The position numbers were made by a program, and so were the translations under genes. From IMG/VR virus record IMGVR_UViG_3300021400_000034, positions 160,001-224,000 of that record: a stretch of DNA of 64,000 nt, one strand, 5' to 3'. Under the pieces are notes generated by a model. The model saw only the letters and a list, made by a program, of their open reading frames with translations. It was not told the DNA's origin and did no database searches. Shown here piece by piece: positions 8,131-17,100 of the stretch (the stretch's first letter is position 1; the number at the start of each line of letters is the position of its first letter). This stretch comes from a virus (taxonomy: Duplodnaviria; Caudoviricetes).

Positions 8131-9188
8131 TTTCCAAGTTCCTTTACAGTGTCATGTAGGATCTTCTGCTCTTCTTCTGTGATGTCGAACAGGTTGAAGA
8201 GATCTTCGTCTGTCCAAGAACGTCTGTAGTCGGACATGTAAGGAATGTATGCAAGCGGGACGTGAAAGTCCCGCTTGATCGTGAGACCCAAAAACTTAAT
8301 GAAGTCCGTCTGCATATAGTTGAAGAAATTCTCGGCTTCTTCCTGGGTGTTGAAGTTCAAGCCACCAACCTTCTTAGCATTCTCGTCGAATGCTAGATTA
8401 TGATCAGGTGACAAGAATATATGCCAGTCATTCTGATGTTTATGACCATGAATATCACTAAATCTCATGAAAGGAATACTCATATCTAGTTCATCTCGGT
8501 CAAGATAGTGATCTGCTACTGAGTCATATAATCCATCTATCACTTTATCTACTACTTTCTCAATGAACCACTCGTTCGCATATAACTGCTTCGGATCAAA
8601 GTCTACTGTATTCTCTTCAGTTAGATGATATACTGCTAGATCAGTTGGTATTCTAGCGCCTTTCTTCTTAGAGTCTTTCTCAGTGTTTCCTTCGAAAATC
8701 TTTATAGCTTCAGCTGCTCCAACTACTTCGGCTTCTTTCAGCTTAGTCAAGATAGTGTCTTTGTACTTCAGCAGATCAGAAGTCTTCTTGTACTTAGCTA
8801 ACGGATCTTGAAGCCATCGAACAGGACTGATCCATACGATCTCTCTAGCGTAAGGAAGCAGGTGTTCAAGAATCTTCAAGTGAAGTGAACGGTCATAAGG
8901 AGGATTGCCAACGATCAAGTCGAATTTCATACCAGTGATCTCCTTCGTGTAGTCGCCTTTGTAGTCGACCAAGTGGACGGAGTCGTCCATTCCGAAATTT
9001 ACATTATTTAGAGGAGACACCATTTCTAAGAAGTCATAGTAGCACTGATGATCATCCGTGAGATAAGTGACAGAGTTATTTTGAGACAGCTTTAAAGCGA
9101 GCTGAAAGTCGTTCACGACCAAGATCTTCTTGTCGGTTACGTTATCAGTGTATTTAGCAGCCCAGTTCTTGTTCCAGCGATATGCCAT
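8127..9188 (-). CDS. Amino-DNA methyltransferase, catalytic/target-recognition half (Eco57I-like)
   Basis: FDLIVGNPPY, ISPVRW, C-terminal WTDEDLFNLFDITEEE; start moved to ATG 9188 because the promoter overlaps 9221. Confidence 0.8.
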   Translation of the reverse strand: MAYRWNKNWAAKYTDNVTDKKILVVNDFQLALKLSQNNSVTYLTDDHQCYYDFLEMVSPLNNVNFGMDDSVHLVDYKGDYTKEITGMKFDLIVGNPPYDRSLHLKILEHLLPYAREIVWISPVRWLQDPLAKYKKTSDLLKYKDTILTKLKEAEVVGAAEAIKIFEGNTEKDSKKKGARIPTDLAVYHLTEENTVDFDPKQLYANEWFIEKVVDKVIDGLYDSVADHYLDRDELDMSIPFMRFSDIHGHKHQNDWHIFLSPDHNLAFDENAKKVGGLNFNTQEEAENFFNYMQTDFIKFLGLTIKRDFHVPLAYIPYMSDYRRSWTDEDLFNLFDITEEEQKILHDTVKELGK

Positions 9189-9222
9189 AGCCTTCTCCAG
9201 TGATAGTTGTGATTTCTCCAAT

Positions 9223-9254
9223 AATATAAGAAAATTCTGGATTTCTCTAAACCC
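9223..9254 (-). promoter_or_regulatory. Early promoter
   Basis: GGGTTTAGA-N17-TATATT. Confidence 0.7.
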
Positions 9255-9276
9255 AAAATTTGAGAAAATCTTAATT

Positions 9277-10062
9277 TTATTGCTTCATGAGTTCAAGCGA
9301 AGCTTCCCAGAAAGACTTGTTAGGGACAGCGCCTTTTCCGAGCGCCTGGAACAGAGTCCAGCTGTCGATGACGATCACGTCAGGGAACTTCTTACTGAGA
9401 AATTCCCTGACGATGTTGTCAGTGAAGAGTACGCCAGAAGGGCAGTCTAGAGCTGCTAGAGCTGATTCTGGATCCTTCTTCTTGAGTTCCTTGACGACTT
9501 CACGGCTAGCGCTCTGAAGCTTCAGGAAAGCCTCAAATTCCTTGATTTCTTCGATCGTCTTATGCTTAGCGTTGACAGGGATCTTGATGCAGTAAGTCGG
9601 TTCAGTTAACCATGCATCCACGCCCTTGAAGTCCCAGTCTCCTCCGTTGACCTCTTCGTATCCAGTGAACTGCTGCAGTCTAGGGTCTCGCACATTAGCA
9701 TGTGCAAAGTAGCACTGCATGACTGCTTCGAAAAGATTTCCTACATACTTCAATCGAAGATCGAAGAAGTATTCGTCGATATTGACGATATTGATCTTCT
9801 TGTTGTCCTTGATAGCAGTCTCGATGTCCTTCTCCGACGAGATAGCGAGAAACTTGGTCTTGTACGCTTCATAGAACTTCTTTCCGAATTCGTTGATCGT
9901 ATTTCGGAGATACTCTGGATTGTCGTATTCAATGCAACCATTTTGAGTCATGTGTTCGAAGAAGTCCAAGTATGCACGGTTGTAGTCGAACTGAGAGTCG
10001 TCCATGACAGTATTTGGCTCGAGCACTGCAGTCATCGCTTTGTGGGTGAATAAGTGGTTCAT
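9277..10062 (-). CDS. Putative PD-(D/E)XK restriction-type nuclease
   Basis: GNLFE...DFKGVDAW...PVNAK resembles Mrr-like catalytic spacing; lies between helicase and MTase. Confidence 0.5.
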   Translation of the reverse strand: MNHLFTHKAMTAVLEPNTVMDDSQFDYNRAYLDFFEHMTQNGCIEYDNPEYLRNTINEFGKKFYEAYKTKFLAISSEKDIETAIKDNKKINIVNIDEYFFDLRLKYVGNLFEAVMQCYFAHANVRDPRLQQFTGYEEVNGGDWDFKGVDAWLTEPTYCIKIPVNAKHKTIEEIKEFEAFLKLQSASREVVKELKKKDPESALAALDCPSGVLFTDNIVREFLSKKFPDVIVIDSWTLFQALGKGAVPNKSFWEASLELMKQ

Positions 10063-10092
10063 GATTGGTCCTTTTGTTGAAGTTTCTCTTAT

Positions 10093-10121
10093 AATATAAG
10101 TAATTTCAAGAGAAATCTAAA
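10093..10121 (-). promoter_or_regulatory. Early promoter
   Basis: TTTAGA-TTTCTC-...-TATATT, 17-nt spacer. Confidence 0.7.
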
Positions 10122-10124
10122 TCC

Positions 10125-11762
10125 TTATTTAGAGAAAAGCTCTTCTTTTACCCAAGTTTTCAGAGAATTAAATACTTCCTTTGAGAAGTGATCGAATTCG
10201 TCACGTGCGAAGAGGGTCCATACCTTACCGATCTCTTGGCCAGCTCTCCACATCTTCCAGGCTTCGTCCTTGAAGTCATCGGAAGCGATCTCTCTCGCGT
10301 TGTCGGTATTGTACTCATCTACTGCCCTTACTACTGCGTTCTTGTAACGGAAGGCGATAGGAACGACGGATTTGAGCATGCTGATGTCGACTTCTTCAGT
10401 CTCCGTCTCTTTTCCAGCGCCAGTCTCGATGCCGTCTCCGAAGTCGATCATGTTCTCGAATCCGTTGACCATCTTGTCGAGGAATTCGTGAATCTGCTCG
10501 TCAGAGTCAGCAGTGACATAGATGTTGAACTTCTCTTTCCCAGGAGCAGTTCTGTCTCCACGGCAGATCGCCTGATAGAGATTGTTCTCACGCTTGTCGC
10601 AGAGAATGCATACGCCGTTGATAGACTTGATGTCTATTCCCTCTTGGATCTTGTAAGCAGAGAGAATGATTGTGTGCTTCTTGGAGTCTTTGATCTTCTC
10701 GAGGACTGCTCTGTCGTCGAGCTTCTCTCCGTTGAAGCTAGAGGATATGTCCTTCTTGTTTACTGGTTCGCCATGCAGATTCTTCACTGCCACTTCTTTC
10801 TCGGAAGCCAAGATAGCTACATCCATCTTGTCTACTGGATAGACCTTGCGAATTGTGCTCTCGTAGTTTCCGAGATAGTCGATGCTGTTGTCGAATACGA
10901 CTTCGACAGCTCGACCGCTGTTTCCGAGCCTTCTAGAGCTCTCGGCTTCGTTCACGTGATGCTTGATGCTAGCCATGATAGAAGTAGCTTTGTCTTTCTC
11001 TTTCTTCTTGTTGGTCTTCGAGACCAGATAGAGAGACGGTCTGACGACAACGCCGTCAGCGATAGCCCGACGGAATCCATAAGAGATTCTCTTCGTAGAG
11101 CAGAGCTCTGCTAATCTCTTAGACGGAGTAGCAGTGTAAGCGACGAAAGCGTTGCTCATATTCTTCAATTCACGAAGAACCGAGAGATCTATGTCTTTGT
11201 GGGCTTCATCTACGATGGTGAGATCGAAAGTGACTTCATGTCCGTTCTTCGTGCGATGAGAGGCCAGATTCATTATTCTGGACTCGACTTGACGAGCAGC
11301 GTTTTCGAAGTCCAGGTTGACTGATTTGTCGCAGGCTAAGATGATGTTGTGCTTGTTCGAATTGAGCTTGTTGGAGATTCCGCAGCCTGTAGACATAGCC
11401 ATGTCGAACTTAGCGTCTCCGAGCTCCCTAGAAGACATATCGAGAACGTTGAAGCGCTCTTCGAAGTCTTTGATCTTCGCTCTGCATTCATCGACTAGCT
11501 GCTCGTTGAGAAGAAGACGTGGCGAGGAGAGGAGAATCATCGCCTTCTTTCCCTCGGCTTCTCTCTGACGAGCCACGTAGTCGATAGTCAAGTGCTGAAC
11601 CGTAGTCTTGCCAGAACCGCAGGTAGCATCGACCAAGACAGAGATTCTCGGCTTAGCCATCAGCTGATCCAAGCTCTTCAACGCCTGAAGCTGCCAGTCA
11701 CGAAGCTTAATAGAGTTGTGTATTTCGTAGTCGGCGATGACGGTTTCAAGAATGTTTTTCAT
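10125..11762 (-). CDS. SF2 helicase (type III/ISP restriction Res-like)
   Basis: LRDWQ, ATCGSGKT, IVDEAH, TATP, QEGIDI, QAICRGDR. Confidence 0.88.
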   Translation of the reverse strand: MKNILETVIADYEIHNSIKLRDWQLQALKSLDQLMAKPRISVLVDATCGSGKTTVQHLTIDYVARQREAEGKKAMILLSSPRLLLNEQLVDECRAKIKDFEERFNVLDMSSRELGDAKFDMAMSTGCGISNKLNSNKHNIILACDKSVNLDFENAARQVESRIMNLASHRTKNGHEVTFDLTIVDEAHKDIDLSVLRELKNMSNAFVAYTATPSKRLAELCSTKRISYGFRRAIADGVVVRPSLYLVSKTNKKKEKDKATSIMASIKHHVNEAESSRRLGNSGRAVEVVFDNSIDYLGNYESTIRKVYPVDKMDVAILASEKEVAVKNLHGEPVNKKDISSSFNGEKLDDRAVLEKIKDSKKHTIILSAYKIQEGIDIKSINGVCILCDKRENNLYQAICRGDRTAPGKEKFNIYVTADSDEQIHEFLDKMVNGFENMIDFGDGIETGAGKETETEEVDISMLKSVVPIAFRYKNAVVRAVDEYNTDNAREIASDDFKDEAWKMWRAGQEIGKVWTLFARDEFDHFSKEVFNSLKTWVKEELFSK

Positions 11763-11795
11763 AGTTCCGGTCCTTGTTTTGAGTTTTACAAGTAA

Positions 11796-11827
11796 AATAT
11801 AAGTATATTTTTGAGAAATCTAAACCC
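11796..11827 (-). promoter_or_regulatory. Early promoter
   Basis: GGGTTTAGA-N17-TATATT. Confidence 0.75.
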
Positions 11828-11954
11828 TAAAATTGAGAAAATCCCAATCCGTCGTGCACCATATATGAGCACTATCTCACGAAATCTACAAAGGACATAT
11901 TTTACTATTATTTGACTATCTTCCAAACTATGGAAGAGAAGGAAAGTTACAAAT

Positions 11955-13271
11955 ATGGCAAAGAAAAAAGACAAGAAAGCAAAAGACATCGGCGCTACCG
12001 CAGCGACTAACGACTTCGGCACTGGCGCTAAGTCATTCACGAAGGCAGACGAGATCATCCGCGAGATCAAGAAAGACAAAGAGCTCAACAAGCTCGTCAT
12101 CGATCCCGAGACGATCAAGTACGAGTGGCTGAACACGAACGTGATCTCCCTCAACCTCGTCTTCTCCGGAAAGATCCGTGGCGGCATCAAGAAGGGCGCC
12201 ATCACGTCGATGGCTGCAGACTCTCAGCTCGGTAAGTCACTCATCGGCTACAACCTGCTCCAGTGCGCATACCGCTCGGGCATGGCCTGCGTCGTGATCG
12301 ACACTGAACACGCTATCAACCTCGAACTCTTGAAGCAGCTCGGCATCGATCTCTCCAAGATCGTCATCTACCAGACCTCCAAGATCAATGAGCTCAAGCA
12401 GATCTTCGCCCGCATCAACAAAGGCAAGACTCGTGAAGAGTCTCTCAACACCTTCGTCCTGATGGACTCCTGGGGTCCGATCGTTGAAGTTCAGGTTCTC
12501 GACAAGGCTGAAGAAGCTTCCTCCGCTAGAAACATGTCAGCTGCTGTCTACAAGAACGAGCTCGCTAACATCATCAACGCATGCGGCAACACTACGTTCG
12601 TGATCAACCACGTCTACGCTTCTCTCGAGCAGTACGGCGAGAAGGTCAAGATTCCAGGCGGCAAGAGACTGTTCTTCAACTCTGACTCTATCGGCTTGGC
12701 TTCTTCCGCTGCCAAGTACAAAGACGCTCAGGACAACATTCTCGGAAAGGTGGTCACGGTCGGCGTGAAGAAAGGTCGTGGCGCTAAGGAATTCCTCAAG
12801 ACCAAGTACCTCATCCGTCATGACGGCGGTCTTGATCCGTTCTTCGGTCTTCTCGACGACTCCATCGAAGCTGAAGTCGTATTCAAGCCGAAGCCGGGCT
12901 ACTACGCTAGAACCGACTACGACGTCGACAAGGAGACTGGAGAAGTCAAGAAGATGTGGAAGGAGTCTGAGCTCTACTGCGCTGCATTCTGGGTTCCGCT
13001 CTACCGCGACAAGAAGTTCGTAGACTTCTGCGAAGACAAGTACAGCTTCGTCAACGCCAAGCTCATCTCGTCAAGCGTGGACGTCATGGACCTCATCGAC
13101 AACGCTACAGACTTCGACGACACTTCAGTGCCAGTCATCTCTGCCGACGATGAAGAGGCTCAGTTCCAGGCCGAGTACGGCGACGACAAGGAAGACCTTG
13201 AACTCGATGCAAGCGGCATCTTCCAGAAATACAGCCAGGAAGAGATCGAAGCCGCAACTGACGAGGACTAG
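11955..13271 (+). CDS. uvsX: UvsX/RecA-like recombinase
   Basis: LNLVFSG, ADSQLGKS Walker A, IDTEHA, MDSWG, INHVY, GG motif; acidic tail. Confidence 0.92.
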   Translation: MAKKKDKKAKDIGATAATNDFGTGAKSFTKADEIIREIKKDKELNKLVIDPETIKYEWLNTNVISLNLVFSGKIRGGIKKGAITSMAADSQLGKSLIGYNLLQCAYRSGMACVVIDTEHAINLELLKQLGIDLSKIVIYQTSKINELKQIFARINKGKTREESLNTFVLMDSWGPIVEVQVLDKAEEASSARNMSAAVYKNELANIINACGNTTFVINHVYASLEQYGEKVKIPGGKRLFFNSDSIGLASSAAKYKDAQDNILGKVVTVGVKKGRGAKEFLKTKYLIRHDGGLDPFFGLLDDSIEAEVVFKPKPGYYARTDYDVDKETGEVKKMWKESELYCAAFWVPLYRDKKFVDFCEDKYSFVNAKLISSSVDVMDLIDNATDFDDTSVPVISADDEEAQFQAEYGDDKEDLELDASGIFQKYSQEEIEAATDED

Positions 13272-13285
13272 TTTCCTTCTCAATC

Positions 13286-13321
13286 GGGACTGGAGTCCAA
13301 TTCTAGGCTCCAGTCCTTTTT
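13286..13321 (+). terminator. Intrinsic terminator after uvsX
   Basis: GGACTGGAG/CTCCAGTCC stem followed by T-run. Confidence 0.8.
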
Positions 13322-13336
13322 CTATTTTAGCTAAGT

Positions 13337-14815
13337 ATGGTAAACGTTCAATTTCCGCATTTGATCCTAAAGACGCTCTACGTCAATCAGAGCGTTCGCA
13401 ATCGTGTAACCCCTTATCTCTCAGCTGACTGGTTCAGAGAGAATCAGAACATCAGCACAATCATAACTAAGATCTTAGAATACATGGAAAAGTTCGGCCA
13501 GTTCCCGACCGTCATCGAGTCGAGAATGATGCTCCGGACTGACGCTAGCATCCTAGAAGAGTTCGACGCTGCTATGGGAATTCCTGAAGAGGAAGCCTGC
13601 ACTGAGTTCATCCTGCAGGACATCGAGCAGTTTATTCGTCAGAAGCTCCTCTATGACGCTACAGTGAAGATTCAAGAGGCTCTGTTCTCTCACAGCGAGC
13701 CGACCAGCGACGAAGGATCGTTCGCACAGATGGTCGCAGACGCAGAGTCTTTCACGTTCGACACAGACATCGGATTCGACCTAGTAGACGATCTAGACCA
13801 AGTATACGAAGAGATGATCACAGCCGTGAGCATCATTCCTTCGGGAATCAAAGAGATAGACACTCTGCTCAACGGTGGTGTTCCCGACAAGGTGATGATC
13901 GGCATCATGGCTCCGACGAACGTCGGCAAGACTCTAATCATGTCTGCCTTGGCGTCGAACATGCTCACACAGGGACACAACGTTCTGTACATCACCTTCG
14001 AAGACTCTAAGACGAAGATCGCTACGAGAATGATGCAGAACCTGTGCGACATATCGCAAGAGCAGCTCAAGATGCTCAACCGGAACTCGTTCATCGCTCT
14101 CAAGGACATGATGAAGAAGAAGTCTTCACAGCACTTGAAGATCGCCGAAATGGAAGAGTGCACGGTCAACGCTATGAGAATCCGCACTCTCTTGAAGGAT
14201 CTCAAAGAGAAGAAGCACTTCGAGCCAGAGATCATATTCATCGACTACATCGGATGCATGATTCCGAACGGAAGGCCTAACCCGAACCTCAACTCTAACA
14301 CTATCCTGCAGAAGGTAGCAGCCGAGACTAGAGGCTCGATCTGCATGAAGCTGGGCATTCCTATCGTGACTGCTCTTCAGACGAACAGAGGCGGCTATGG
14401 AAGCGCTTCTGTCGATCTGAACGACGTCGCTGACTCTTACGGATCTACGATGAAGCTAGACGCTATCCTAGCTGTGACCCAAGACCAGACGATGCTGCAG
14501 AACGGCATGTACAAGATCAAGGTCGCGAAGACGAGAATCAAGAACAACAAGGGAACTGAAGTCATGATCGGCGTGAGCATCGACAAGCAGCAGATCTATG
14601 ACCTCAACGGCAGCACTCCGTCCGTAGGATCGACTCCAGTGGCTCCAGCAGCTACTCCTAGCCTGACGGACACGGCGACCATCACCGTTCCTACGACTCC
14701 GTCATCTGGAGCTCCGACTCACGCCGTAGAGATTGAACCGAACAAGGACGTAGCAGAGAACGCATACGTCGCTAGCGCAAAAGTTGACCTGGACAAGATA
14801 AATGCGATACTGTAG
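13337..14815 (+). CDS. gp41: Replicative DnaB-like helicase
   Basis: MAPTNVGKT, VLYITFE, IFIDYI, TALQTNRGG, VADSYG. Confidence 0.92.
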   Translation: MVNVQFPHLILKTLYVNQSVRNRVTPYLSADWFRENQNISTIITKILEYMEKFGQFPTVIESRMMLRTDASILEEFDAAMGIPEEEACTEFILQDIEQFIRQKLLYDATVKIQEALFSHSEPTSDEGSFAQMVADAESFTFDTDIGFDLVDDLDQVYEEMITAVSIIPSGIKEIDTLLNGGVPDKVMIGIMAPTNVGKTLIMSALASNMLTQGHNVLYITFEDSKTKIATRMMQNLCDISQEQLKMLNRNSFIALKDMMKKKSSQHLKIAEMEECTVNAMRIRTLLKDLKEKKHFEPEIIFIDYIGCMIPNGRPNPNLNSNTILQKVAAETRGSICMKLGIPIVTALQTNRGGYGSASVDLNDVADSYGSTMKLDAILAVTQDQTMLQNGMYKIKVAKTRIKNNKGTEVMIGVSIDKQQIYDLNGSTPSVGSTPVAPAATPSLTDTATITVPTTPSSGAPTHAVEIEPNKDVAENAYVASAKVDLDKINAIL

Positions 14816-14824
14816 GAGTAAGAT

Positions 14825-15202
14825 ATGCTAGTGGACAGCGACTACCGGATAGAGAGCTTGGAGAAGGACTCCGCTAAGAAGGAGTTCTTCGAGCTCATGA
14901 AGAAGAGAGGATACGACATGTACGACATCGACGAGAATTCCCGTCTACCCAAGTGTCTGCTTCCGATCATTCAGAAGAAGGATCTGAACTCCTTCATTCT
15001 GTTCAACAACATGCTAGAGAAAGTGCATCTATGCGACGACGTGAGCGTGATCGACATGTGCACCTACCTCATCGAAGACTTCTTCGAGCCCGAGCAGCTT
15101 CTCACGCTGTTGCAGACTAACCTCTATGACGCGCTCCGTCTAGAGCTCAAGAAGAAGAACGGGCAAGTAGCCGAGAGATTCAGCAAGTTCCTGATCAAAT
15201 GA
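14825..15202 (+). CDS. Putative late-transcription coactivator (gp33-like)
   Basis: C-terminal VIDMCTYLIEDFFEPEQLLTLLQTNLYDALRLE resembles gp33; T4 33-59-32 synteny. Confidence 0.45.
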   Translation: MLVDSDYRIESLEKDSAKKEFFELMKKRGYDMYDIDENSRLPKCLLPIIQKKDLNSFILFNNMLEKVHLCDDVSVIDMCTYLIEDFFEPEQLLTLLQTNLYDALRLELKKKNGQVAERFSKFLIK

Positions 15203-15900
15203 TAAAGAAGAGCGAAATATACTGCATCCTGTATCTCTTGAACAAAGAGGTTCACAAGCCCGGAAAGAGCGTCAGCTACGCTAACGCGTTCAATCCTATC
15301 TGCTGGGATGTCGCTATGGACGAGATGGAAGCCGCTAGAGCTTTCGGAAAGAACGAGAACATCGACCGCATCGGAATGGACCGCTGCGTCAAGGCTGCGA
15401 ACGCTCTAGAGTGCGGCCAGACGAACCTAGACACGCTCAAAGTCTATTTCCTCGGGGAATACATCAGAAAGAATCACGGCTGCTTCTTGAAGCGCAAGAA
15501 GGACGGTTCTATACAAGAGAGAAAGTCAAAGAAGTCTGACAAGACGAAGAAGATGTACAACGCAGTGGACGTCAAGGCGCTAGGAAATCTCGAAGGCATA
15601 GACTTCTACAAGCCAGAGAATCTTAAAGGACAGTTCGATACGCTACGCGAGGAAGCTGGAAAGACTGCGTCCCTTATAAACCTACGGCCTGACCAGACAA
15701 ACGGCTTATACGACCTCGTCTGCGCAGGCAAGATAGGGATCCACATCTACCTGCAGCTTTGGAGAAACAACGAGGGGTTCGGGATCGACCTGAGCAAGAA
15801 GAGCGTAAACGACGAGTACAGGAAGTTCGTCAAGATGGTGATGTTCTTGGACCACGACGGCGTCCAGCTGGAGAACGTCTGGTGCCACGACAAAGCGTGA
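15199..15900 (+). CDS. Hypothetical protein, possible helicase loader (gp59 position)
   Basis: Size and position between gp33-like and gp32; no motif recognised. Confidence 0.35.
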   Translation: MIKKSEIYCILYLLNKEVHKPGKSVSYANAFNPICWDVAMDEMEAARAFGKNENIDRIGMDRCVKAANALECGQTNLDTLKVYFLGEYIRKNHGCFLKRKKDGSIQERKSKKSDKTKKMYNAVDVKALGNLEGIDFYKPENLKGQFDTLREEAGKTASLINLRPDQTNGLYDLVCAGKIGIHIYLQLWRNNEGFGIDLSKKSVNDEYRKFVKMVMFLDHDGVQLENVWCHDKA

Positions 15901-15968
15901 GAGAAATTTGCGAGTCAAAAAATTTCCTATATATAAACTAGATCCGCTGGAAAATATCCAGTGAGACG

Positions 15969-16001
15969 AAAGGAACAATAAAGGAACAATAAAGGTACAA
16001 T
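15969..16001 (+). repeat. 11-bp tandem repeat x3 in SSB leader
   Basis: AAAGGAACAAT AAAGGAACAAT AAAGGTACAAT. Confidence 0.9.
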
Positions 16002-16932
16002 GATGATTGAAAGAAAATTCGACAATTACTTCGAACAGATCAAAGAGGTGGCTGCCAAGAAGAGTGGAAGCTCGTTTTCTATTGAAAACGAATTCGTCCC
16101 TGTGATGGTCAATGGCGAGTGCGAAGTCGTGATGCGACTCCTCCCTCAGCCGAGCACGGAAGCTGCACCGTTCGTCGAGAACAGAACGCACTCGTTCAAG
16201 GGCTCTGACGGCAAGTGGCACGTGGTTGACTGTCTCCGCAAGTCCGGCAGCAAGTGCCCGATCTGCGAATGGAACTCAGCCGTGTTCAAGGCATTCCCGA
16301 AAGAGAAGGCTAAGGACATCTGCAAGAAGAAAGCTAAGAGGTCGTTCATCTCCAACGTCTACATCGTGAAGAACACTGCTGCACCGAACACGGAAGGCAA
16401 AGTCTACCGCTTCAAGTACGGCATCCAGATCATGGAGAAGATTCTCGCCAAGATGTCTGACAAGGAAGATCCGGACAAGGGTTTCATCAAGGGAGTCAAC
16501 GTCTTCGACTACTACAACGGCGCTAACCTGATCTTCAAGGCTAAGGACGGCAACTTCGGCCCGAACCCTGAGGCATCATACTTCGGCGACGCAAAGCCGA
16601 TCAGCGACAAGAACAACGTTCCGCTGACTGATGAAGAGATCAAGGCAATCGACGACAGCCTCTACACGCTGAAGGACTGCGAGAAGGACACCTCTAACGA
16701 GACCTTCGAAAGCGTTCTCAACTTGTACGAGAAGTTCGTTGAAGGCGAAAAGCTCTTCGTCCGTGGCAAGGACGCTGAAGGCAAGACGACTTACGATCCG
16801 ATCATTCCGGGCGTGGCCGCAGGCAACACTGCTGCTCTGAACGACGCTGTCCGCAGCGAGTTCGACGTGGAAGAGCCGGATGTCCGTCCGACTGCCGAAG
16901 CTAGCGAAGATTTCTTCGACACCTTGAAGTAA
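16000..16932 (+). CDS. gp32: Single-stranded DNA-binding protein
   Basis: MRLLP, HSF, DCL..KCPICE, SNVYIVK..PNTEGKVYRFKYG, GANL, acidic EDFFDTL tail. Confidence 0.92.
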   Translation: MMIERKFDNYFEQIKEVAAKKSGSSFSIENEFVPVMVNGECEVVMRLLPQPSTEAAPFVENRTHSFKGSDGKWHVVDCLRKSGSKCPICEWNSAVFKAFPKEKAKDICKKKAKRSFISNVYIVKNTAAPNTEGKVYRFKYGIQIMEKILAKMSDKEDPDKGFIKGVNVFDYYNGANLIFKAKDGNFGPNPEASYFGDAKPISDKNNVPLTDEEIKAIDDSLYTLKDCEKDTSNETFESVLNLYEKFVEGEKLFVRGKDAEGKTTYDPIIPGVAAGNTAALNDAVRSEFDVEEPDVRPTAEASEDFFDTLK

Positions 16933-16942
16933 AGAGACTGGT

Positions 16943-16994
16943 TGGGCCGACGAAACTGATAATCGTCCTTTTACTCCTATTTTTAGTCGACCCA
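16943..16994 (+). promoter_or_regulatory. 3'-UTR stem-loop with anti-RBS loop
   Basis: Imperfect 13-bp stem, ~25-nt loop containing TCCTTTTACTCCT. Confidence 0.55.
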
Positions 16995-17006
16995 CGAAGT
17001 AAACCT

Positions 17007-17038
17007 AGGCCACGGGAAGTCAAATTTCCGTGGCCTTT
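17007..17038 (+). terminator. Intrinsic terminator after SSB
   Basis: AGGCCACGG/CCGTGGCCT stem. Confidence 0.75.
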
Positions 17039-17042
17039 CCTA

Positions 17043-17071
17043 TTTACGAAATCCGAGAATTTTCTTATATT
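17043..17071 (+). promoter_or_regulatory. Early/middle promoter
   Basis: TTTACG-N17-TATATT. Confidence 0.6.
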
Positions 17072-17100
17072 GTATATGAACTAGCAATAGAGGAGCCATA

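Noticed and set aside
10188-11114. Long antisense ORFs (also 21200-21880, 46208-46948, 47141-47875 and many others in the track)
   Set aside because: Shadows of strongly biased codon usage on the coding strand; no RBS or motifs
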